This document shows, in pieces, positions 17,703 through 29,796 of a stretch of 32,000 nt of DNA. Position 1 is the stretch's first letter; each line of letters begins with the position of its first letter. A program made the position numbers and the translations under genes. The notes beneath the pieces are model-generated. The model was given only the letters and a program-made list of their open reading frames with translations. It was not told the origin of the DNA and made no database searches. This DNA is from Escherichia coli (GTDB lineage Bacteria > Pseudomonadota > Gammaproteobacteria > Enterobacterales > Enterobacteriaceae). The DNA lies in NCBI RefSeq assembly GCF_901733115.1, contig NZ_LR595691.1, one strand, 5' to 3'.

Positions 17703-18039
17703 ACAACACCAGTCCCATAACGATCACCGCCACGACCATCAATATTAAGCTAATGATTAATAAGCTGTTGGTGTAGGGCAGGTCCTCTTTCAGACGCATC
17801 GCTTTTTCATTGCGTAACCAGCGCAGGTAGCCATACATCGCTAACCCGCCGGAAAACAGACACAACAACAACGCCAGCAGTTCACGAATGACGGGCGTGG
17901 CGAAATCTGGCGCAAGTTGATCAAGCCCAACCCCCGCCGCCAGAAATCCTAGTGCGGTACGGATCCACGCCAGAAAAGTACGCTCATTAGCCAGCGAGAA
18001 GCGGTAATCGGGCGCTTCTCCAAGGCGGGAAATTTTCAT
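17692..18039 (-). CDS. yidH: DUF202-family inner-membrane protein (115 aa)
   Basis: The ORF has the motif ANERTFLAWIRTALGF followed by hydrophobic segments. It is a paralog of yidG and the first gene of the yidHGF unit. Confidence 0.85.
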   Translation of the reverse strand: MKISRLGEAPDYRFSLANERTFLAWIRTALGFLAAGVGLDQLAPDFATPVIRELLALLLCLFSGGLAMYGYLRWLRNEKAMRLKEDLPYTNSLLIISLILMVVAVIVMGLVLYAG

Positions 18040-18148
18040 TGTTGCTCCTTTGCAATTTCACTAACGCTCTACCTTTAGCGGTTTTTTTTTAAGAATTTCG
18101 TCCGCCCGTTTCCTGATATGCTTTCGCCATCCGCTACAAGGAGGTCAG

Positions 18149-18598
18149 ATGGGTATCATAGCTCAAAATAAAATCAGTTCATTGGGCATGCTGTTCGGTG
18201 CCATCGCTTTAATGATGGGGATTATCCACTTTTCATTCGGCCCTTTTTCCGCACCACCGCCAACGTTTGAAAGCATCGTGGCGGACAAAACGGCTGAAAT
18301 TAAAAGAGGTCTTCTCGCCGGAATAAAAGGCGAAAAAATTACCACCGTGGAGAAAAAAGAGGACGTAGATGTCGATAAAATCCTCGATCAAAGCGGTATC
18401 GCACTGGCCATTGCTGCGCTACTTTGCGCATTTATTGGCGGTATGCGTAAGGAAAATCGCTGGGGCATTCGCGGCGCGCTGGTTTTTGGCGGCGGGACGC
18501 TGGCTTTCCATACCTTGCTTTTTGGTATCGGCATCGTGTGCAGCATTTTGCTGATATTCCTGATTTTTTCCTTCCTGACCGGCGGTTCACTGGTTTAA
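18149..18598 (+). CDS. yidI: Small inner-membrane protein (149 aa, about 3-4 TM)
   Basis: The ORF is preceded by AAGGAGG with a 5-nt spacer. It has hydrophobic segments at both ends with a charged central loop (KGEKITTVEKKEDVDVDK). Confidence 0.85.
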   Translation: MGIIAQNKISSLGMLFGAIALMMGIIHFSFGPFSAPPPTFESIVADKTAEIKRGLLAGIKGEKITTVEKKEDVDVDKILDQSGIALAIAALLCAFIGGMRKENRWGIRGALVFGGGTLAFHTLLFGIGIVCSILLIFLIFSFLTGGSLV

Positions 18599-18607
18599 GC
18601 AGCCTGA

Positions 18608-18642
18608 ATAATGCCCGCCGGGTGTTCATCAGCGGGCATTAT
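18608..18642. terminator. Hairpin between the convergent genes yidI and yidJ (putative bidirectional terminator)
   Basis: AATAATGCCCGC (18608-18619) pairs with GCGGGCATTAT (18632-18642) around a 12-nt loop. The flanking T-runs are weak, so terminator function is uncertain. Confidence 0.5.
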
Positions 18643-18644
18643 CG

Positions 18645-20138
18645 TCAGAACTTCTGTTTTTTCTCTTCCACTTTCACTCCTTGCGTCGGTAGGCCGGTGT
18701 CATAGTCACGTACCACCGGCGAATAGCCATCTTGTGGGCGTGGACGAAATGCCCCCATCCAGCGCGGCAGTGCATCTTTACGCCACGGACGCAGGCTCCA
18801 TTGGTAACTGCGGAACGGATCGCGAATTTTGTCCATGTAATCCAATAAGGCGTCATGCATTTTGCTGCGAACGTCTGCAAAACGGATATCATCGATCAGG
18901 TTATGCATTTCATTTGGGTCATTACGGCGATCGTAAAGTTCATCACTGGTGAAGAGGTTGAGTACCAGTTTAAAGTCATCCGTCACCCAGCAACGCACCG
19001 GAATAAAACCGCCAAAGCTGTCATGCTCAATCTCGTAGCGGTTAAATTCCACCATTACACCGCGTGGCTCTTTCACGGCAAGGATATTTTCCCCCGGCAG
19101 AATCTCTGGTTTTTCAATATCTGCCAGCGCCATCATTGTCGGCAGTAAATCGATATGACTGACTGGCGTATCGACCTGTCGCCGCTCCCCTTGCGGCGAA
19201 CGGATGATCAGCGGAATACGGGTGATGTCGTCATACATCGCCGCTCCTTTACTGATCAGCTTATGTGCGCCCATCATTTCGCCGTGATCGGAAGTATAAA
19301 TGACCCACGTATTTTCACGTTGCTCTGGCGTTAAGGCATTGATGACCCGTCCGATTTGGTCATCAACAAAGTCATTACAGGCAAAATAGAGCGGATGGTG
19401 ATAAAGCCCGTCATCACCGACTGGCGATGGCATCGCCTGCGCCCATAAGCGGTGATGTTCCGGTTTGTTCGCCAGGTCATCCTGAGCTTTCTCGCCCAGA
19501 TCGTAGTAAAAATCAGCGTATTTCTCTAAATACTCCACCGGACAGGTGAACGGGTGATGCGGCTCATCATACGAAACCACCATCAGGAAGGGTTCCTCGG
19601 CGCGCGCGGGCTGTTGCAGAAAATCTACCGCCCGATTGCTGATGCGGTGCGCCCAGGTGAAGGTTTCGTCGATATGGTTCGCCTGTAAATCCTCAACGCT
19701 GTTTAGGCCATTGCGCCACAGGCTGATCTCTTTTTCCGTCAGTTCGCTAAGGTAGTTCGCCCCATCGAACCAGTAATCAGCGTCCCACTCCGGCGGACAC
19801 TCGCCAGTGCCGAAATAGTCATGACCGTCGAGATGCCATTTGCCGATGTAACAGGTGTGATAGCCGGCATCCTTAAAGTAGCGCCCCATAGTGGAGATGT
19901 TTTTGCCTGGCGCGACGTTGTTGGTCCACGGGCCGGACTGGTTAGCGTAGATACCGGTAAATAGTCCGGCGCGTGCAGGCGTACAAACCGGTGAACAGGT
20001 GTAGGCGGAATTAAAGCGAATACCTTCCGCCGCCAGACTATCAATATTTTGCGTATTCAGCGGTTTACCGCTATAGCAACCGACCATATTGGTGGCCTGG
20101 GTATCGGTCATGATGAACAGAAAATTGGGGCGTTTCAT
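18645..20138 (-). CDS. yidJ: Cys-type (formylglycine-dependent) sulfatase, cytoplasmic (497 aa)
   Basis: The N-terminus MKRPNFLFIMTDTQ has no signal peptide. The sulfatase signature CTPARAGLFTG is present. The ATG overlaps the yidK stop (20135-20138). Confidence 0.93.
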   Translation of the reverse strand: MKRPNFLFIMTDTQATNMVGCYSGKPLNTQNIDSLAAEGIRFNSAYTCSPVCTPARAGLFTGIYANQSGPWTNNVAPGKNISTMGRYFKDAGYHTCYIGKWHLDGHDYFGTGECPPEWDADYWFDGANYLSELTEKEISLWRNGLNSVEDLQANHIDETFTWAHRISNRAVDFLQQPARAEEPFLMVVSYDEPHHPFTCPVEYLEKYADFYYDLGEKAQDDLANKPEHHRLWAQAMPSPVGDDGLYHHPLYFACNDFVDDQIGRVINALTPEQRENTWVIYTSDHGEMMGAHKLISKGAAMYDDITRIPLIIRSPQGERRQVDTPVSHIDLLPTMMALADIEKPEILPGENILAVKEPRGVMVEFNRYEIEHDSFGGFIPVRCWVTDDFKLVLNLFTSDELYDRRNDPNEMHNLIDDIRFADVRSKMHDALLDYMDKIRDPFRSYQWSLRPWRKDALPRWMGAFRPRPQDGYSPVVRDYDTGLPTQGVKVEEKKQKF

Positions 20139-21850
20139 AGGCTATCCTTCGCGTCGGGAGTAAAGGTTACGGCTGGGTCGTGACGATGCCGCCAGCTGTC
20201 AAAAATCAGGTAGACAATCACTACGGCGGCAATGAAATAACTGATCATCGCTAACCAGCGCGTACCGTAGCCGCCGAATTCAGCCAGCCCGGCATAGACG
20301 CCAATCATCGCGAACAGGATGCCAATTGACGCGATCTTGACGTTTCTCCACGGTTTCATGTCTACCGCAAACGCATCTTTGAAGGTGAACGGCGTGGCGC
20401 GCGGTTTGATAAAACCGATCACCAGCATCACGACCACGTTGATGCAGAACGTACAGGCCAGCACATAGAGGAAATGGAAGTCGAACTTCACCAGATAGTT
20501 GATGGTGATGTAGCTGATTATGCCAATCCCCATCGCCACTTTTGCCGCCAGCGCCGGGATGCGCGGGAAGAAAAAGCCCATAATGATGATGGTAACCAGC
20601 GGCACGTTGTAAATGCCGTTGAGCTGTTTCATCCAGCTATACAGCCCCTGCGGCGCGTTGGCGATCCACGGCGCGACCAGCACCGAAACGATAGCGATAA
20701 AGAAACCAAATTTGCGCCCGACGGTGACCAGCTGCTGCGGCTCGGCATTCTGGTTAATGATGCGACGGTAAATACCCATACTGAATAACGTACTGGCGCT
20801 ATTCAGAAAGCCGTTGAAGGTACTGATCACCGCACCAAATAACACCGCGCCGAAGAAACCCACCATTGGCACTGGCAGAACGTTATTGACCAGCGTCGGG
20901 TAGGCCATGTCGGCTTTCGGTAAATCCTGATACAGATGAAACGCAATCAACCCTGGCAGCACCAGTACCAGCGGGTCGAGCATTTTCAGCACCGCCGTTA
21001 ACAGCGCCCCCTTTTGCCCTTCCGCCAGGCTTTTTGACGCCAGCGTGCGTTGCACGATGCCCTGATTTGTACACCAGTAAAAGGTGTTCACCAGAATCAA
21101 ACCGGTAAATGCCGCGCCAATCGGCAAGGGATCGGTCGGGCCACCGATTGAGTTTAATTTCTCGGCGTGAACGGTGGTGAGTTGCTCAATGCCCTGCATA
21201 AAGCTGCCCTTGCCCATCGCGATCAGGCCAAATACCGGCACCATCAACCCGCCGATAACCAGCCCAATACCGTTGATGGAGTCCGCCACTGCCATTGCGC
21301 GCAGTCCGCCGATCACCGCATACAAAATTCCCGCCAGACCAAGCAAAATTACCAGTAGCCAGATAGCCGCACCGTGAGAAATCTGTAGCGATTCCCCGAC
21401 GTGAAACAGGCTGTTGAGCGCCAACGCGCCGGAGTAGAGAACAATCGGCAGAAAGCAGACGCCGGTGGCAATGAGGAAGCAGAAGTCGATGATAATACGC
21501 GTCGTTTTATCATAACGTTCCTCCAGAAAATCGGGGATGGTGGCAATGCCGCGCTTCAGATAGCGCGGTAAAAAGATTAGCGCGAGGAAGATCAGCGTCA
21601 CCGCTGAAGTCACTTCCCAGCCCATCACCGACATGCCGCTTTTGTAGGCCTGCCCGGAAAGGCCGACCAGTTGTTCCGTGGAAAGGTTGGTTAGCATTAA
21701 CGAAGCGGCAATAACCGGCGCTTTTAGTGAACGTCCGGCAAGAAAATAGCCTTGTTGCGATCCGGTATCTGTTTTGCGGACCTTCCACCAGGTGATCACC
21801 GCCACCAGCAGCGTAAAACCGACAAAACTCAAGATTTGTAACGAATTCAT
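20135..21850 (-). CDS. yidK: Sodium:solute symporter (SSS/SGLT-like) family transporter (571 aa)
   Basis: 571-aa polytopic ORF whose sequence has SSS-family character (GYFLAGRSL near the N-terminus). It lies upstream of yidJ and is translationally coupled to it. Confidence 0.92.
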   Translation of the reverse strand: MNSLQILSFVGFTLLVAVITWWKVRKTDTGSQQGYFLAGRSLKAPVIAASLMLTNLSTEQLVGLSGQAYKSGMSVMGWEVTSAVTLIFLALIFLPRYLKRGIATIPDFLEERYDKTTRIIIDFCFLIATGVCFLPIVLYSGALALNSLFHVGESLQISHGAAIWLLVILLGLAGILYAVIGGLRAMAVADSINGIGLVIGGLMVPVFGLIAMGKGSFMQGIEQLTTVHAEKLNSIGGPTDPLPIGAAFTGLILVNTFYWCTNQGIVQRTLASKSLAEGQKGALLTAVLKMLDPLVLVLPGLIAFHLYQDLPKADMAYPTLVNNVLPVPMVGFFGAVLFGAVISTFNGFLNSASTLFSMGIYRRIINQNAEPQQLVTVGRKFGFFIAIVSVLVAPWIANAPQGLYSWMKQLNGIYNVPLVTIIIMGFFFPRIPALAAKVAMGIGIISYITINYLVKFDFHFLYVLACTFCINVVVMLVIGFIKPRATPFTFKDAFAVDMKPWRNVKIASIGILFAMIGVYAGLAEFGGYGTRWLAMISYFIAAVVIVYLIFDSWRHRHDPAVTFTPDAKDSL

Positions 21851-22016
21851 CTCATAGCCCTTATTTATGTTTATGTCCCGGACGCATGAATATAGGGAGA
21901 GGTAAAATGCGTCGGGTCAGGCAGTCAGATTCTTAAAATACAAACGTCGTATCCCTGAACGGATTGTTTTCTGTTAAGTTCAGGTTGTGAGCATAATTCG
22001 CCGGAGGGATATTAAA

Positions 22017-25337
<3,321 letters not shown>

Positions 25338-25488
25338 TTCCACATCCTCTTTTCTCAATTCTGTAAGTAGGAAGCCTGATTGGTTATGCGGCAGGCCTGG
25401 AGCGAGGATAGGAAGATGCGATCGGCAGAACATGACGACCCAATGGGATTCGTGATCGCTTTCATGCTTTTCGTTGGGCGGTAGAGAT

Positions 25489-25510
25489 CTACGTTTTCGC
25501 GAAAAAGTAG
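25489..25510. promoter_or_regulatory. 22-bp near-perfect palindrome, a candidate operator in the glvC-yidP divergent region
   Basis: CTACGTTTTCG/CGAAAAAGTAG has one mismatch between the arms. It lies about 150 bp upstream of glvC and about 125 bp upstream of yidP. The assignment as an operator is inference only. Confidence 0.35.
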
Positions 25511-25632
25511 ACATCTGTGAGCACAGGTACACAGCATCGAACACATCTTTAAAAAAAAGATGTTTTTTCAATCGATTAAGCAGAACTTGTGGGCGCATTA
25601 CCCGTGCTTGCAGGCAAAAAAGAGATCTAGAG

Positions 25633-26349
25633 ATGATCTACAAAAGCATTGCGGAGCGGTTAAGAATTCGACTTAATTCCGCAGATTTCACGCTAAATAG
25701 CCTTCTTCCCGGTGAAAAAAAGTTGGCGGAAGAATTTGCGGTATCGCGGATGACCATCCGTAAAGCCATTGACCTGCTGGTAGCGTGGGGATTGGTGGTC
25801 CGCCGCCACGGCAGCGGCACTTACCTGGTGCGCAAAGATGTACTGCATCAAACCGCCAGCCTGACCGGGCTGGTGGAGGTGTTAAAACGGCAGGGAAAAA
25901 CGGTCACCAGCCAGGTGCTGATTTTTGAAATCATGCCTGCGCCTCCGGCCATTGCCAGCCAGTTACGGATTCAAATCAACGAGCAGATCTACTTCTCCCG
26001 TCGCGTTCGTTTTGTGGAAGGGAAACCGCTGATGCTGGAAGACAGCTATATGCCGGTAAAACTGTTCCGTAATCTTTCGCTGCAACATCTGGAAGGGTCG
26101 AAGTTTGAATATATTGAACAAGAGTGCGGGATTTTGATTGGCGGTAATTATGAAAGCCTGACGCCAGTGCTCGCCGATAGACTGCTGGCGCGGCAAATGA
26201 AGGTAGCGGAACACACGCCACTGCTGCGGATCACCTCGTTGTCATATAGCGAGAGCGGGGAGTTTTTGAATTATTCAGTGATGTTCAGAAATGCCAGCGA
26301 ATACCAGGTGGAGTACCATTTACGGCGACTCCACCCGGAAAAGAGTTAA
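25633..26349 (+). CDS. yidP: GntR/HutC-family transcriptional regulator (238 aa)
   Basis: The track ORF starts at 25474. ATG 25633 ([49 protein letters not shown]) gives a GntR winged HTH followed by a UTRA-like effector domain. It is divergent from glvCBG. Confidence 0.9.
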
Positions 26350-28007
26350 CCGATACTCCAGAAGAGCACCGCCAGTAATTGGGGGGTGATAATGCGCAGG
26401 AACATCACTAACGGATAGACAGTGGCGTAAGAGAGCGCCGCCGCACCGCTGGTTGGATGAAGATTATTAGCAAACGCCAGCGCCGGAGGATCGGTCATGG
26501 AACCTGCCAGCATCCCGCACATGGTCAGGTAATTCATTTTGGCTAACATCCGCGCCAGAATGCCAACAGTAATCAGCGGAACGGCGGTGATCAGGGCACC
26601 ATAACCAATCCAGCTTAGCCCTTCGCCATTGACCAGGGTATTCACAAAATCTCCACCAGATTTCAGACCAACGACCGAGAGGAACAGCACGATCCCCAGC
26701 TCCCGCAGCGCGAGGTTGGCACTTGGCGGCATAAACCAGTACAGCTTGCCGATACTGCCGATACGCCCGAGGATCAACGCCATAATCAGCGGACCGCCCG
26801 CCAGCCCCAGTTTCAACGCGGCCGGGAACCCAGGCACAAAGACGGGAATAGAACCTAACAATACGCCAAGCCCGATGCCAATAAACACTGGCAGCATCTG
26901 AACCTGTTGCAGTTTTTGCTGCGCATTCCCCAGCACATTGGCAACGGCATCAATTGCGGACGGACGCCCCACCAGATTGAGGATATCGCCGAACTGCAGG
27001 CTGATATCGCCACTGGCGACCAGTTCGACCCCGGCACGGTTCAGGCGCGAGATAACAACGTCATAGCGTTCTTTAAAGTGCAGGTCGCGAATACGTTTTC
27101 CGAGCACGTTTTCATTGGTGACCACCACACGCTCGACGCGCAAATCAGTGCCTTTCGTGGACAGCGAAGTATCGACCTCCTGACCAATCACCAGTTGCGC
27201 ATTATGTAAATCCGCTGGCAGCCCCACCAGATGCAGCAAATCGCCCAGTTGGATAATGGTATCTGGCGAAGGAACTTTTAGGGTTTCTTCGCGTTTCAGA
27301 CGCGAGCAGATAATTTTGTCGCCGTTGAGAATCGGTACATCTTTAATGGCTAAATCATGCAGGTTAGGGTTCTCAACGCGAATATTGATAGTCTTGATCA
27401 GCGCGCCGCCATTGGTGCGTGAAGACTCGTGCTGCTGAGCTTCTGTCTCGACATTGACGCGGAAAATAACCCGCAACATCCACATGGTGAACAAAATCCC
27501 GCAAATGCCGAATGGATACGCCATCGCGTAACTCATCCCCATCTGATCGACCATTTCCATTGGTGTACCCAAGTCGCGCAAAATCTGCTGCCCTGCCCCC
27601 AGCGCTGGCGTATTGGTAACCGCACCGGAGAAAATCCCCAGCACTACCGGCAGTGGAATATCAAACAGTTTATGCAGGATGGCGGTAACCAGACCACCGA
27701 TGATGACGATCAGAACAGCAAACAGGTTGAGGCGTAATCCGGAGACGCGCAATGAGGCAAAGAAGCCCGGCCCTACCTGAATCCCGATAGTATAAACGAA
27801 CAGGATCAGGCCAAATTCCTGAATAACATGCAGCATATCGCTACTTAATGTCATCCCCGCCTGAGAAACAAAATGGCCGACGATGATCCCACCAAACAGC
27901 ACGCCGCCAATACCTAATCCTATGCCGCGAAATTTGACATTGCCGATAAACAAACCGACGACTGCCACCAAAGCCAGAATACTGACCGTTAATGCTATAT
28001 CACTCAT
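26346..28007 (-). CDS. yidE: AAE-family (aspartate:alanine exchanger-like) transporter with two internal RCK_C/TrkA_C domains (553 aa)
   Basis: The track ORF runs to 28031. ATG 28005-28007 ([18 protein letters not shown]) gives 553 aa. Two membrane halves are separated by duplicated soluble segments (...[12 protein letters not shown]... and ...[12 protein letters not shown]...). Confidence 0.9.
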   Translation of the reverse strand: MSDIALTVSILALVAVVGLFIGNVKFRGIGLGIGGVLFGGIIVGHFVSQAGMTLSSDMLHVIQEFGLILFVYTIGIQVGPGFFASLRVSGLRLNLFAVLIVIIGGLVTAILHKLFDIPLPVVLGIFSGAVTNTPALGAGQQILRDLGTPMEMVDQMGMSYAMAYPFGICGILFTMWMLRVIFRVNVETEAQQHESSRTNGGALIKTINIRVENPNLHDLAIKDVPILNGDKIICSRLKREETLKVPSPDTIIQLGDLLHLVGLPADLHNAQLVIGQEVDTSLSTKGTDLRVERVVVTNENVLGKRIRDLHFKERYDVVISRLNRAGVELVASGDISLQFGDILNLVGRPSAIDAVANVLGNAQQKLQQVQMLPVFIGIGLGVLLGSIPVFVPGFPAALKLGLAGGPLIMALILGRIGSIGKLYWFMPPSANLALRELGIVLFLSVVGLKSGGDFVNTLVNGEGLSWIGYGALITAVPLITVGILARMLAKMNYLTMCGMLAGSMTDPPALAFANNLHPTSGAAALSYATVYPLVMFLRIITPQLLAVLFWSIG

Positions 28008-28160
28008 CGTCCATTTCTCTTGAGATAACATTTTTAATTGCTACGGATTATGGCTGAATCGGTGAAGCAGATTTGCCTTATAGCGCACATTATCACGGGA
28101 AAGAACGTGCCGAAATATCTTAAACAGTCGAAATTTAACGCATTGTTGAGTAAGTAAGAC

Positions 28161-28188
28161 AAAAAAAGCCCCACCAGAATGGCGGGGC
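28161..28188 (-). terminator. ibpAB Rho-independent terminator
   Basis: On the minus strand: GCCCCGCCA-TTC-TGGTGGGGC followed by T7. It lies 15 nt downstream of the ibpB stop. Confidence 0.85.
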
Positions 28189-28203
28189 AAAGAGAATAGC
28201 TAG

Positions 28204-28632
28204 TTAGCTATTTAACGCGGGACGTTCGCTGATAGCGATACGCTGCGCTGCGATGGGTTCAGGCTCATTACGAATTAAATCAATATGCAGTAAACCGTTT
28301 ACGAAGGTTGCGCCAGAGACTTCCATATTTTCAGCCAGCGTAAAGCTCAGGCTAAATGGCTGATTCATAAGCCCTTGATGCAGCCATTTTTTCTCTTCTT
28401 TTGGCTGCTCCGGCGTGCCTTTTACGCTCAGGCGCGTACCTTCCAGTTGAATCTCTAAATCTTCCTGACGGAAACCTGCCAGCGCAAGGGTAATGCGGTA
28501 GTGGTTATCGTCGCTTTTCTCAATGTTGTACGGCGGGAAGCTCTGGCTTTCACCGGCGTTTTGCAGTGCGTTGGCCAGTTTGTCAAAACCGATCCATTGA
28601 CGCATCAGTGGGGATAAATCGAAGTTACGCAT
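28204..28632 (-). CDS. ibpB: Small heat-shock protein IbpB (alpha-crystallin family, 142 aa)
   Basis: The track ORF runs to 28671. ATG 28630-28632 ([19 protein letters not shown]) is preceded by AAGGAG. It is a paralog of ibpA. Confidence 0.95.
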
Positions 28633-28743
28633 AGTCATTTCTCCTTCTAAGAAGCGAGTAAGTACCTGCAAATCCGAAGATTCGCATATGCTCCCTGACG
28701 GCGAGCATGGAGATGTCAGGCCGCGCCAGGCGGCCTTAGGGAA

Positions 28744-29157
28744 TTAGTTGATTTCGATACGGCGCGGTTTTTTCGCTTCCGGAATCACGCGTTCGAGATC
28801 GATATACAGCAAACCATTTACCAGGTTAGCACCACGAACATGAATGTTCTCAGCTAACTGGAATTTGCGTTCAAAGTTGCGTTCAGCGATGCCCTGGTAC
28901 AGATAGGTGCGCTCTTTTTGTTCGTCGGCGTGAGCACCTTTCACCACCAGCAGATTATCCTGGGCGGTAATTTCCAGTTCGCTCTCAGCAAAACCAGCCA
29001 CAGCGATAGCAATGCGGTAATGGTTTTCGTCTACCAGTTCAACGTTATACGGAGGGTAGCCGCCATTACTCTGGCTCTGGTTGTTTTCTAAGTGGTTAAA
29101 CAAACGGTCAAATCCAATAGCAGAACGGTAAAGCGGGGATAAATCAAAGTTACGCAT
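28744..29157 (-). CDS. ibpA: Small heat-shock protein IbpA (alpha-crystallin family, 137 aa)
   Basis: The track ORF runs to 29163. The start at ATG 29155-29157 gives [19 protein letters not shown]. It contains an alpha-crystallin domain. Confidence 0.95.
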
Positions 29158-29252
29158 AATCAATAGCTCCTGAAATCAGCGAGAATGTAAGACCTTCCAC
29201 AATGGACAGGTCAGGTAGCCAGAACACCCATCAGGCGCGTCCTCATCGGCTA
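29158..29252 (-). promoter_or_regulatory. ibpA 5' UTR (reported ROSE-like RNA thermometer)
   Basis: This is the roughly 95-nt leader between the inferred sigma32 transcription start and the ATG. The thermometer function comes from literature I remember; I did not fold the RNA here. Confidence 0.55.
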
Positions 29253-29259
29253 CGATGTA

Positions 29260-29288
29260 AAAATGGGTCTGGAAATGAACTTTTCAAG
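29260..29288 (-). promoter_or_regulatory. sigma32 (RpoH) heat-shock promoter of ibpAB
   Basis: On the minus strand: CTTGAAA (29282-29288), a 14-nt spacer, CCCATTTT (29260-29267). This matches the consensus CTTGAAA-N13-15-CCCCATnT. Confidence 0.8.
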
Positions 29289-29462
29289 CCTTATCAGCGG
29301 ACTTTTTTTTGCAGTTTATGGTCTATTGCATAGACTGAGGGGGCAGCACGAAACGTTAAAGTGCGATAGCCGCCACAGTGCGACGTAATGATGATGTTAT
29401 TTTCAGCAAGGGATCGCTATAACTCATCAGGCCAACACCCACGATCAACAGATGAATTTATT

Positions 29463-29795
29463 ATGATAAGAAATGTGTTGTTAGCGTTCATGATATGCAG
29501 CGGAATGACATTACTCGGAGGATGCTCCAGCGTGATGTCCCATACCGGAGGGAAAGAAGGAACGTATCCCGGCACCCGCGCCAGCGCCACCATGATTGGC
29601 GACGATGAAACCAACTGGGGCACTAAGTCGCTGGCGATTCTCGATATGCCGTTTACCGCTGTGATGGACACGCTTTTACTGCCGTGGGATGTGTTCCGCA
29701 AAGACAGCTCGGTGCGCTCACGCGTTGAAAAAAGCGAAGCCAACGCGCAAGCCACCAATGCGGTTATTCCACCGGCCAGAATGCCTGATAACTGA
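29463..29795 (+). CDS. yidQ: Small lipoprotein, DUF1375-like (110 aa)
   Basis: The track ORF starts at 29388. ATG 29463 gives MIRNVLLAFMICSGMTLLGGC, a signal peptide with an L-G-G-C lipobox. Confidence 0.85.
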   Translation: MIRNVLLAFMICSGMTLLGGCSSVMSHTGGKEGTYPGTRASATMIGDDETNWGTKSLAILDMPFTAVMDTLLLPWDVFRKDSSVRSRVEKSEANAQATNAVIPPARMPDN

Positions 29796-29796
29796 T

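Noticed and set aside
18060-18100. A T9 run preceded by a short CGCT...AGCG pairing in the yidH-yidI divergent region, as a possible terminator
   Set aside because: The stem is only about 4 bp, and no upstream plus-strand gene exists for it to terminate. It is more likely an A/T tract (UP-element-like) of the divergent promoters.
25338-25598. An 87-codon N-terminal extension of the glvC ORF (the track start at 25598)
   Set aside because: The extension has no EIIC similarity or hydrophobic character and runs across the divergent promoter region. The internal ATG at 25337 has a strong AAGAGGA SD and starts a canonical EIIC N-terminus.
28660-28700. A sigma54 promoter upstream of ibpB, which I vaguely recall from the literature
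   Set aside because: I find a TTGCA-like element (minus strand, around 28667-28672) but no properly spaced TGGCAC -24 element. I cannot support it from the sequence.
29321-29335. A 6-3-6 palindrome, GTCTATTGCATAGAC, between the ibpA promoter and yidQ
   Set aside because: It is short enough to occur by chance, and I know of no regulator with this motif. I note it but do not call it a site.
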